Origin: a virus | Length of the DNA stretch: 64,000 nucleotides | Virus record (IMG/VR): IMGVR_UViG_3300030107_002502 | Span: 2,817 to 66,816 of that record | Direction: 5' to 3' (one strand) | The notes under the pieces: generated by a model | Database searches by the model: none | What the model was told of the DNA's origin: nothing | Seen by the model: only the letters and a program-made list of their open reading frames with translations | Made by a program: the position numbers and the translations under genes | Shown here: in pieces, positions 1 through 9,141 of the stretch | Layout: each line of letters starts with the position of its first letter | Numbering within the stretch: the stretch's first letter is position 1

Positions 1-3000
1 TTCGTAGAGCTTTTTATAGGAATCCCGCATTTCTTTATAGACTTGCTGTCCATTTTTACCGCCAGCTCTACCCATAACTTTCCAAAGTGGTTGTAATTCA
101 TCCCAACGCTGTTTTTTAGTTTTACCTTCTTCATCTGTTTCAGTATTTTCTTTTTTGCTTGTGTCTTCATATACACTTCTAGGTTTACTGGGGTCTACGT
201 GATATATAGTGCTTCTATGCACTAAAGTATTAAAAACCTTTATTAATTTTTTATTATTTTTATTATTTTTAAAAAATTCCCGCAAGCTTAGTATCGAAGC
301 TTCTGACAACTTGTCCATTTCACCGTCTTTACCAACATGCAGTTCGGCTGTTTTATGTAATTTAGCTCCTGTCTTTAACCCATAATGGCCTGCAACATCA
401 CCTAAAGCCTGAGTACCTAAAGTTAATAAAATTCCTTGGTTAGCTACTTTTTTACCTTTACCTATTTTATCTGATATATCATCTATAAGTTTTTTTACTG
501 TAGACCTATTATCTACTTTATTAAATACTTTAGTTTCTTTATCTATCTGCTTAACTATATCATTTAGATTTTCTGGCATACCTAGTTCGCTTGCATCTCT
601 ATGTTCAGGAGAAACAGTTAGTATAGCTTTTATAAGGGCATCGGCTTGATTTAGTGCAGAAGTTATTGGTGGTTTAGCATCCCAACCAGCCCAACGCCTT
701 ATCATATTGGCAATAATATTAAAGAATCTTACTAAAGCGTTAACAGGCTGTCCTTTAGTATTTATACTTGCAAGTTTTCTCTGAAACGCAGGATTACTAA
801 ATGCCTCTGCTACAAACTCATCTAAGTTTTTTGTACCATATACTGTATCTAAATGTTCCTTAACTTCGTTGTATAACTTATCAAGTTTTTTAGCTTCTGA
901 TCTTTTTAAACTTCCATCTTTAGCTTTTTCAGCCAATATATGAGATGTTGCTGCATGTGTCATTTCATGCATGACAACGTGGTAATTCATACCCCTTTCA
1001 GCGTCTAATTTTATTGTATTAGTTTTAGGATCGAATAATCCTGCTCGTGATACACCACCTTTATCTTTAAGATTTTCTACAACTTCTACTTTTGTATTAC
1101 CTACATTGTTCCCCAATTTTATTAGCATTTGCCCTATTCGTGAATGAGGAGCTTCTGCTGCCATAGCAAGAATAGCATTTTTAAGTGAGCCTTTATTTAA
1201 CAAGCTTTTTACTAGACCAGTAGTCGGTAAAGCAAGACGAGAAACAGCTTCTCTTGCAAGTGGCATAGATTCACTATCAAACCTATCGGAAACAACTGAA
1301 AATTCACCTAATTCTTCTGTTCTAGTAACACCTTCATCAGTTACTTCACCAATTACAACTTCTTCATTACCTCTATAATAGTCAGATAGGGTTATCCAGT
1401 CAGCTACGTCCATTTCTATTTGTTGTTTTTCAGTAAGACCTTTTGCTCTTCTTTCCAATACAACTATACTGTCATCATTTTTCTTACCTCCTTCATACTT
1501 TAAAAATAAGGTTTTCTGTAATAATTCCTCTTGTATTTTAATTTCTGAGTTTAAAGATTTCTGTGCGTCTTTAGATAGATTTGCCCGTATCCATTTTGCT
1601 GCAAGTTTTGCATTGGTATTACTTTGATGTTCCATGTGAAGCAAGACTGCTTCAGCAGTATTTTTTTCAGGTTTATATTTTGTTTCTATTTCTGTTGTTT
1701 CAAATGGGTCTGCATATAAATCCGGTTCTGCTTGGTCCATTAATGCTTTAATCTTAGATTTAGGTATATTTAAGTTATTTACTAATCTAAAAGCTATAGT
1801 TGTTATAGCATCTCCGGGCTCTACAAATTTAATAAAAAAGGCCCTAGCTGCTGCTTTACCTGTTTTATCTTCATTAGGTCTCATCTTATAAGAATCAGAA
1901 ACAGACTTAAAAATTAATAATGCATTTATCTTCTTTAAATCTGTTTCTGTAAACTTTATATCTATATCACGTATAGGTGTCCCATCTTTAGTACGTCCAA
2001 GAAAGGGCTCAGAAAAAATAACACGGTTTTCTACGAAAGCATGTATAGGTTTAAGATCACCCACTTTATACCCTCTAGGAATTTTATCTCCTTTTTTATA
2101 CCTAGGCCCTTGGTTTTTTATTTCCTCTACTTTATCACGTATTCTTTTGGCTTTATCGTACTCTGACTCTCCTGTTTTCTTATCTATCTGGAATACTGTA
2201 GCTAATTCTTCGTCTGTTACTTTTTTACCTTTACGAATTTTTTGTATTACAGGATCATTTTCTATTGCTACTTTTTCTTCTATACCTTTTGCATCGGCAC
2301 GTACTTTAGCCATAAATTCTTTTGCTTTTCTTGCTTCTTCCCTTTTTGCTTCTTCCCTAACTAATGTTTTTTCTTTCTTTTCTTTTGCTATTTGTTCTTT
2401 TTCTTTTGCTTTTTTTATTCTTTCCCTTGCTTCTTTTTCTTCTTTTAATAATTTTGCCCCTAATTCTTCATCGGTTAACTTATCTTCTTCCGCTTGTCTT
2501 GCTTCTTTTTCTTTTTCTTCTTTTACTAACCTATCTCTTTCTTCTGCAAACAAGTCAAGAATTACAGAAGGACTTAGTTTTCTTTTTGTTTCTTTTTTCT
2601 TACGTGTTTCTGCAGGAGTTTCATACTCTGTAACATCTTCTCTTCCTACAAGTGTCTTTACTGCATCTGTAATTGGGGCTTTTTTACGTTTTGTAACTTT
2701 TGGTTTAGGTGTTGCTTCAACACTGGTATCAAGAGGAGCACCGAGTCCCGCTTCTTGAACCCGTTTATTTATGTCTTCTTCACTAATACCTTCTTGTCTA
2801 AGAACGTTAACTTCACGTTTTAAAGCTTCTTCTCGTACAACATTACTTGCTTCTTCATCTGTTCTACCTTTCATTTTTTCAAATTTATAAAGGTCTACTG
2901 CTTCTTTTTGGCTTAATGGACGAGTTGGATCATCAAGTTCAAGTTTAGGATCAATTCTTTCTTCTGTTCTTGTAGTGTCTAGTCTTGGGCCTTCCTGTGT

Positions 3001-5022
3001 AACTTCTAATGGTGTTTGTAAAGCATTAACTTTAGCAGAAGAAATGTTAGCTAATGTAGGATCGACTCTTCTTTCTCCCACATCAGTTCTATCAACATCT
3101 GGCTGAGTAGTATCCAATCTTTCTTGGACAGGTCTACCAGCGAGTTTTTCGGTAATTCTTTTTTTGACGGCAGCCAACTGTTCCCCGTCCACGGAAGTAG
3201 TAGCTGCTGGTGGAATATCTCGTCTAGTATCTGCAACGCCTGCTCCACCTCCTTCTGTGTCAGCTGCTGTGTCAACAACTGCTTCTCCTGTAGTAACTTC
3301 TCCTGCATCTGGTTCTCCTACTGTGCTAACTTTTTGTCTTTCTACATCAAACTTATCTATTGATGTAACAGGTTCTTCTGTAACAGGCTTTTTCCCTGCT
3401 TCTAACTTGCTTTCTAATAACGCTTCTAATTTTATCCTGTCACTTTCAGGCACCATGTTATTTTTTCTATATTTAGCAACTTCTTCTTTAACTTTAGGGT
3501 CATTTATATCTGTTATTCCTTTTAGACGCTTACGAATAGCTGCCCGTGGTTTAACCCCTGCTTCATCTAATAGTGCAGTTATTGAAGTGTCTTGTTCTAC
3601 AGGAGCATCGAGCTTCTTATCTTGTTCTACAGGAGCATCGAGCCTCTCTATTTCTTTAGGCTTTACTCCGTATTCGTCTTCTGAAACAGGAGGGGGAGGA
3701 GTATCTACTCTACGTGCTACTCCTGCTTGTTCAAGTTCAGCTTCAGTTGCAGCTATTTCTTTTTCTTTATTTGCCAACTCCATTTCATTAGCTTGTCGTT
3801 TAGCATCTTCTAAAATTGCAGGGTCTATCTCGCCTTTTTCTGCTAGTTCATTTAAGGCATCCATTTGTTCGTCTATACTAGGAGTAACTTCTCCTTCTTC
3901 AGCAGCTAATTCTGCCGCTGCTTGGTCAACATCACCTGTTTCTGCTAAAAATCTTCTTTTTTTCCTGCTAAGGAATGTATCACCTAAGAGTTGTGTTATA
4001 AAACCTGCTGCTCCACCGTATCCACCAGCTTCTTTTGTACCTGCCCATGCATTAATATCATTATATTGTTTTTCTGTTAAATTCTGTAAAACATTAGCAA
4101 AGACTTCTTGCCCGCCTTCCACACCCGCACTTACAAGACCATTTTTAATTTTTTCTACAAATCCATCAACAAATTTAGGTCCAAATTTATCATTTAGTTT
4201 TTTCATTAATCCAATGTTTAGACTGGGTAAAAATCTTTGTATTGGGAAAAGTTCTGAAAGACCTATAGGAGTAGCCCAACGACTAGCTATTTGACGTTCT
4301 TCACGGGTAGCTCCGGCAGCTCTTGCACGTTCACTTTGTTCTCCAGCAGCCGCTGCTGACCCTAAAAGAGCTGTTGTTCCTAGACCCGCAGCCTGTTTCA
4401 CCGTTTTTGGTACAAGCAACCTTCCAGCCCACCCTAATCTTGTTGCTAAAGTCCCTAAACCTGCTGTTCCTGCTGCAACTGCACTAGCAGGTAAGAGAGC
4501 TGTTCCTGCTGCTACTACTGCTGCTGGGGCTATAAACCCTGCTACAGAACCTAGGGCATTACCTATACCTGAAGCTATGGAATCTTCATTTACTACTTTT
4601 CTTCCAACAATAGGAGCTTTACTGGCCTTATCTTCAAACCAATCGCCTACATCTAAGATACCTTCTCTTATAGCGTCTTCTGTTTCAGCACCAATAAAAG
4701 GTGCTAATTCAAGTGCTCCTAAAGCACCTGTTTCTCCAATACCTTTAAATCCTCGACCAAAACTAGCTAGAAAGTCATCATCAATAGATGTCATCCCATA
4801 ATCATAATCTTTTCCCGGTCCTTTTTTTGTGGGAGTCCAAACTTCTTTTTCTTTAGCTTGAGTTTGTGGTTGAGTTTGTGGTTGAGTTTGTGGTTGAGCT
4901 TGAGTTTGAGCTTTAGAAATTCTTCTTTCTACATACTTTTTAAGTAATGATTCAGAAGTACCTTCTGGGGCTTCAACTGTATAGGTTTTTCCATCAGAAC
5001 CTTGTATCGAAAAAGTAGCCAC
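1..5022 (-). CDS. Giant internal virion/ejection protein with a zincin-like metallopeptidase domain (3' end runs off the window)
   Basis: GTG at 5022 just after the upstream stop reads MATFSIQGSDGKTYTVEAPEG. The same frame carries HEMTH at 955-969, with AGLFDPKTNTIKL upstream and LDEFVAEAFSNPAFQ downstream, and is still open at position 1. Frame spot-checked, not every codon. Confidence 0.8.
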   Translation of the reverse strand, partial: MATFSIQGSDGKTYTVEAPEGTSESLLKKYVERRISKAQTQAQPQTQPQTQPQTQAKEKEVWTPTKKGPGKDYDYGMTSIDDDFLASFGRGFKGIGETGALGALELAPFIGAETEDAIREGILDVGDWFEDKASKAPIVGRKVVNEDSIASGIGNALGSVAGFIAPAAVVAAGTALLPASAVAAGTAGLGTLATRLGWAGRLLVPKTVKQAAGLGTTALLGSAAAAGEQSERARAAGATREERQIASRWATPIGLSELFPIQRFLPSLNIGLMKKLNDKFGPKFVDGFVEKIKNGLVSAGVEGGQEVFANVLQNLTEKQYNDINAWAGTKEAGGYGGAAGFITQLLGDTFLSRKKRRFLAETGDVDQAAAELAAEEGEVTPSIDEQMDALNELAEKGEIDPAILEDAKRQANEMELANKEKEIAATEAELEQAGVARRVDTPPPPVSEDEYGVKPKEIERLDAPVEQDKKLDAPVEQDTSITALLDEAGVKPRAAIRKRLKGITDINDPKVKEEVAKYRKNNMVPESDRIKLEALLESKLEAGKKPVTEEPVTSIDKFDVERQKVSTVGEPDAGEVTTGEAVVDTAADTEGGGAGVADTRRDIPPAATTSVDGEQLAAVKKRITEKLAGRPVQERLDTTQPDVDRTDVGERRVDPTLANISSAKVNALQTPLEVTQEGPRLDTTRTEERIDPKLELDDPTRPLSQKEAVDLYKFEKMKGRTDEEASNVVREEALKREVNVLRQEGISEEDINKRVQEAGLGAPLDTSVEATPKPKVTKRKKAPITDAVKTLVGREDVTEYETPAETRKKKETKRKLSPSVILDLFAEERDRLVKEEKEKEARQAEEDKLTDEELGAKLLKEEKEARERIKKAKEKEQIAKEKKEKTLVREEAKREEARKAKEFMAKVRADAKGIEEKVAIENDPVIQKIRKGKKVTDEELATVFQIDKKTGESEYDKAKRIRDKVEEIKNQGPRYKKGDKIPRGYKVGDLKPIHAFVENRVIFSEPFLGRTKDGTPIRDIDIKFTETDLKKINALLIFKSVSDSYKMRPNEDKTGKAAARAFFIKFVEPGDAITTIAFRLVNNLNIPKSKIKALMDQAEPDLYADPFETTEIETKYKPEKNTAEAVLLHMEHQSNTNAKLAAKWIRANLSKDAQKSLNSEIKIQEELLQKTLFLKYEGGKKNDDSIVVLERRAKGLTEKQQIEMDVADWITLSDYYRGNEEVVIGEVTDEGVTRTEELGEFSVVSDRFDSESMPLAREAVSRLALPTTGLVKSLLNKGSLKNAILAMAAEAPHSRIGQMLIKLGNNVGNTKVEVVENLKDKGGVSRAGLFDPKTNTIKLDAERGMNYHVVMHEMTHAATSHILAEKAKDGSLKRSEAKKLDKLYNEVKEHLDTVYGTKNLDEFVAEAFSNPAFQRKLASINTKGQPVNALVRFFNIIANMIRRWAGWDAKPPITSALNQADALIKAILTVSPEHRDASELGMPENLNDIVKQIDKETKVFNKVDNRSTVKKLIDDISDKIGKGKKVANQGILLTLGTQALGDVAGHYGLKTGAKLHKTAELHVGKDGEMDKLSEASILSLREFFKNNKNNKKLIKVFNTLVHRSTIYHVDPSKPRSVYEDTSKKENTETDEEGKTKKQRWDELQPLWKVMGRAGGKNGQQVYKEMRDSYKKLYE
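3590..3643. repeat. 24-bp direct repeat, 30-bp period, inside the giant gene
   Basis: TCTTGTTCTACAGGAGCATCGAGC at 3590 and 3620. Confidence 0.85.
4858..4911. repeat. 12-bp tandem repeat encoding a QPQT linker
   Basis: TGAGTTTGTGGT x3 plus degenerate copies. Confidence 0.85.
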
Positions 5023-5023
5023 A

Positions 5024-6811
5024 TTACGGTCCAGTAATTGTTATCTCACTAAGAGCTAACTGTTTTTCTTCAAGTATGTCTATCTGGTCATCAAGAGGAT
5101 CAGTAAGAGCTTTAATTTGGGTTGTAATTCCTTCCTCTACTTTTTTTATTTCCTCTAAGAACCATCCTCTCTTTGTTTTTGAAATAATACTTGTTCCCCA
5201 TTGATTTTGTTTTTCAATTAATACTGTATCATCCATACTATTTGCTTTTAATTGCATATCTGCAAGTATAGCATCCCATTGTGTTCTTATAGTTTTTTCA
5301 GCTTCAACTTTTAAATCTTCATATCTTCGAATCTGCTCCGTATATAGTGCTTCTTTTTTAGCATTACTATCCATTTTTGCTAGGAGTCGATTAGTATCTT
5401 GCTGGAGAGCCATATTTTTTAAGGCAGTATCCGCCTGTAGGTTAGCAATAATTGATTTTGTATGGTCTGAAGCCGCATTTATAGCTTCTAATGATTTTTG
5501 CTGATATATTTTTAAGTTAAAATCATTTTCAGCAGCCCATTTACTATAATAATAGGAACCATCAGCAGTTAATCCATCAGTTATGGCCTTATTATTAGCT
5601 ACATCTGCTACTAAGGCTTGGCCTGTTCTTTGTACATCTATTTGTTCTCTACCAGTAGCAAAATCCATAGCTTGTTGTCTTCTATCATATATATTATCTA
5701 CTATATCTGTATAAGCTTGTAACCCTTGTTTCCCCATTAATTGAGCAGCTTTATCCTGTTGAGCTAAAGCTTTCCCTCTACCTGTCATTATACCTACTCC
5801 TGGGTTATCAGTTGTTGCAGCACCTAACAGCATTTGTCGCCATCTATCCCTACTTAATCTACCAGGGTCTTGCTGAGCTGCATAAAGGCTTTCAAGTCCT
5901 CCAAATCTATCTTTAAATCCTTCTAATACTTCAGTATTATAACCTATATTTTGCGGTTGTTTTTTATAAAAATCTATAGAATCTTGAATTTTATCAAGAG
6001 GAGAGTCTTTAGCATCTAAAATACCTGCAGCATATTTTTGGCTAGAAGTATCACCTATATGACTTTTAATATCATCTGCTACCGTCATTTGATTTGTTTG
6101 CTCTGCTGTTGGATCGGTAAAAGTTGGGACTACTACTTGATTAGTAGTAGTTTTATTTTGTCCTAACATAGCCCCTTTATTTTTTTCTAAAAAACTGTTT
6201 ATTTGTGCAGCTTTATCTGCTGCACTTCCACTTCCAGCATTGATTTCATTAATATAATCTATTATCTGTTGTTTAGCCGTTTCATTAGTAACCCACGATA
6301 AATCAGGAACAGAACCTGTATCTTGAAAACCTATAATCCCACCTTTCGCAGCCCTTGTTATACCTTGCATATTTTGTGCGGGTGCTTTGGCAATTCCTGT
6401 CATAGCAGGATTAACTGGTGGAGATTGCTTATTCATTTGTGGAGATTGCTTGTTCATTAAAGCATTAATCCCAGCAGGTCCAAGTTTATTGGCTAAACCC
6501 ATTAATTTTTTCATTTGTGCCTGTTGTTGACGTTGTTTAGTATTTAATACTCCTGCAGTTTGCTTAACTTTATTACCAACATCTTCTTTAGCCATACCAA
6601 GAACTTCATTTTCACGTTGTGCAGCTATAGTATTAGGGTTATTTTGCATAGAAGCCATAATGCTATTTCTAGCATTCTGCATATCACTTTTTACTTGTTG
6701 TAAAGCAAGAAGATCAATCAGTTTCTGACTTTGTTGATACCTTTTTTGAAGAGCAGCCGGATTTGTTCCATATGTATTTACTCTATCCTGTAAGGCCTTA
6801 TCTATACTCAT
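5024..6811 (-). CDS. Putative internal virion/ejection protein
   Basis: 595 aa, Q/A-rich and helical, AAKGGII motif, at the end of the structural operon. Confidence 0.6.
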   Translation of the reverse strand: MSIDKALQDRVNTYGTNPAALQKRYQQSQKLIDLLALQQVKSDMQNARNSIMASMQNNPNTIAAQRENEVLGMAKEDVGNKVKQTAGVLNTKQRQQQAQMKKLMGLANKLGPAGINALMNKQSPQMNKQSPPVNPAMTGIAKAPAQNMQGITRAAKGGIIGFQDTGSVPDLSWVTNETAKQQIIDYINEINAGSGSAADKAAQINSFLEKNKGAMLGQNKTTTNQVVVPTFTDPTAEQTNQMTVADDIKSHIGDTSSQKYAAGILDAKDSPLDKIQDSIDFYKKQPQNIGYNTEVLEGFKDRFGGLESLYAAQQDPGRLSRDRWRQMLLGAATTDNPGVGIMTGRGKALAQQDKAAQLMGKQGLQAYTDIVDNIYDRRQQAMDFATGREQIDVQRTGQALVADVANNKAITDGLTADGSYYYSKWAAENDFNLKIYQQKSLEAINAASDHTKSIIANLQADTALKNMALQQDTNRLLAKMDSNAKKEALYTEQIRRYEDLKVEAEKTIRTQWDAILADMQLKANSMDDTVLIEKQNQWGTSIISKTKRGWFLEEIKKVEEGITTQIKALTDPLDDQIDILEEKQLALSEITITGP

Positions 6812-6822
6812 ATCTATCTCCG

Positions 6823-7806
6823 TTAACTTTGAGCTATATCGTTTGCAGTGGCTTCAAAATCTGCTGTTTTTCTAAATTTACCGTCTACATATTCTATTCC
6901 AATTTTTTCTAACGCTTTTTGCAACTCAGATAAATTAGTATCAGCTTCACTTCCTCCAAACAATTCATCATATACATCCATAATACCTCCACTAAGTCCA
7001 AGTGCCCTAGATAGTTCATTAGGAGTCGCATAAGCATATTGTTGTGTTTCAAGAGGTAGATTTTGCAATAATGACTGTTTATATTGTGCAACTTTAAGTG
7101 GGTAGTCTCGTTCATCTTCAAATTGTTTTATATCAGCTGCAATACCTTCGCCTTCTATAGCACGTTGTATAGCACCTAATTCAGCTTGTTTACCAATTAA
7201 CCCTAATCCATATTGATTAGCCATTTCCTGTGCTGCCTTTGCTTCATCTTGTTCCCGATTAAATTGAGCTAATGCTTTATCAAAAGCTGTAGCATACCCT
7301 TGTGTTGTAACATCTCCAATATTTTTAAGAAGAGCTTCATCAAAGGCACCTTCTAATACTGCTTGTCTACCGCCCCCATAAGAACCAGCAGCAGTCATAC
7401 GAGCAGCATTCTCCATTCTTTTTATTTCCGCTTCTCTTCTTAAATCTGCTATTGTATTTGCAGTTACACCTGTAAGATAAGGATTCATATAAGCTGCTCG
7501 ATCAGCTTGAGTCCAACTTGTAGGAGTAAAAATACCTATATCTTCAGTAGGCACAGTAAGTCCTGCTAGACCTGTAAATGCATCTGTCTGTAAATCTGAT
7601 GCTCCTGCTGTAAGAGGGCCTTCCCATGCTTCATACGGTATATCTGCCGCTGCAGCACCTTTACCAAGTACTTCTTGAGTAACATAGTCTCCTGCCCAAG
7701 GAGATAATGTTGATTCTATACCCGTTTGTTTACCTATAATATCTCCACCTGTAGCATCAGTAAAATCATCAGCTATTGGAGATTCAGTTCCAGTTCCATT
7801 TGCCAT
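6823..7806 (-). CDS. Putative DNA-ejection (pilot-like) protein
   Basis: 327 aa with YMNPY and AGSYGGGRQAV motifs typical of podovirus injection proteins. Confidence 0.6.
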   Translation of the reverse strand: MANGTGTESPIADDFTDATGGDIIGKQTGIESTLSPWAGDYVTQEVLGKGAAAADIPYEAWEGPLTAGASDLQTDAFTGLAGLTVPTEDIGIFTPTSWTQADRAAYMNPYLTGVTANTIADLRREAEIKRMENAARMTAAGSYGGGRQAVLEGAFDEALLKNIGDVTTQGYATAFDKALAQFNREQDEAKAAQEMANQYGLGLIGKQAELGAIQRAIEGEGIAADIKQFEDERDYPLKVAQYKQSLLQNLPLETQQYAYATPNELSRALGLSGGIMDVYDELFGGSEADTNLSELQKALEKIGIEYVDGKFRKTADFEATANDIAQS

Positions 7807-7815
7807 ATTTTTCTC

Positions 7816-9141
7816 CTATGCGGGCATGTATTGTTGTGGATTAATTTGTTTACCTTGTTGAATAGTTCCAGTACGTGCTTTTCTTATTCTATCCATCATA
7901 TCATATAATTGTTTAGCTCCTGCTTCTGAATTACCATTACCAAGACCACTTACAACATCTGCAGCAACTACAAACTCACCACCTGACAAAGCCGCAGGGT
8001 CTTTATTATCTATTGTAGCAGGTATAGTATCTGCCATACCATCTTTTGCAGAATTTAAATAGCGTGAAGGCATTCTTCCTTGAAACGTATCTTTAGAATT
8101 AGGTCTTGGTGATAAGTTTGTACTAAATTGATTTGTCATATTTGCTATTCCCCCACCAGTATCAAAAGAACGAGTATAAGGTTCATTTGCCATTATACTC
8201 GCTATACCACTTCTAATCCTACCTCCAGCTTTTTTCCCTAATTGAGCCATTTTCATACCCATCATATCGGTAGTTGCATCTAATACTTGAAGTATTTCAG
8301 CATCACTTAGTCGCCAAATCCAATCTGATTCAACATTATTTCTTACCCAATTTGCTATTTCTGGTCCACTAAGCTCTTGTTGTTGAGGCATTTCTACTAA
8401 AGCCCCTGATTGAAAAGCCTTAACAATATCAGCTACAGCTCCTCCTCTACGTAAAGTAGGTAGTTTATTATATTCTGTTGTTACCCAATCTCTATATTCA
8501 GGTGTACCTATTTCAGGAACATCGGTTCTACCTGTTACAGTTCTGTCTATTGTAATATCTGGAATTGCTGGATTAGTAGGTACACCTGTACCTGTTTTTA
8601 CAAAATCTGATAAAAAATGTGCTTTATCTGTTGAGGGTGGTGTAGGTGCTGCAGGTATAGTTTCTCTTGCGAGATTTGCAAGATTAGCAGCTTTCAATGC
8701 GTCTGCCTGTGCAGTTAAGTCAGGTATAGTTCCACCTTCTGGAGTATAGGCTACATCAGTAAAATACCTTTGTCCTCCACTTCCGGGTCTACGTGTAGGG
8801 TCATAAGTTCCGGGTACTCGTCTGCGAGAAGCTGTATATCTAGGTACCACTCCTTGATAGCCTTGAGGAGTAACTTCAGCTTTAGTCCATTCTTCAGGTA
8901 AAAATCCCAGTAAACTAGCTAATCCTGTACCACTAGCCGCTATTTTAGCAGGGTCCCATTGAGCGACTCCCTGTTTATCTTTTGTTTTTAATAGCCCTAG
9001 TACATCTTCTACAAGCCCAGTATCCTCATCTCCAAAATCAAAATCTGTAGCCCAATCCCATGCTTTTTCATACCAAGGTTTATTTTTTGTAGAAGAAGTA
9101 TTTAAAATCGAAAAGTCTTCATGTCCTGTTACGTGAGACAT
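7816..9141 (-). CDS. Putative internal virion protein
   Basis: 441 aa; C-terminal DGMADTIPA...ALSGGEFVVAADVVSGLGNGNSEAGA domain; operon position. Confidence 0.6.
   Translation of the reverse strand: MSHVTGHEDFSILNTSSTKNKPWYEKAWDWATDFDFGDEDTGLVEDVLGLLKTKDKQGVAQWDPAKIAASGTGLASLLGFLPEEWTKAEVTPQGYQGVVPRYTASRRRVPGTYDPTRRPGSGGQRYFTDVAYTPEGGTIPDLTAQADALKAANLANLARETIPAAPTPPSTDKAHFLSDFVKTGTGVPTNPAIPDITIDRTVTGRTDVPEIGTPEYRDWVTTEYNKLPTLRRGGAVADIVKAFQSGALVEMPQQQELSGPEIANWVRNNVESDWIWRLSDAEILQVLDATTDMMGMKMAQLGKKAGGRIRSGIASIMANEPYTRSFDTGGGIANMTNQFSTNLSPRPNSKDTFQGRMPSRYLNSAKDGMADTIPATIDNKDPAALSGGEFVVAADVVSGLGNGNSEAGAKQLYDMMDRIRKARTGTIQQGKQINPQQYMPA

Noticed and set aside
2147-4801. Long plus-strand ORFs (203, 376 and 74 aa) in the ORF track
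   Set aside because: S/F/L-rich antisense shadows of the giant minus-strand gene; the same applies to most short opposite-strand ORFs in the track
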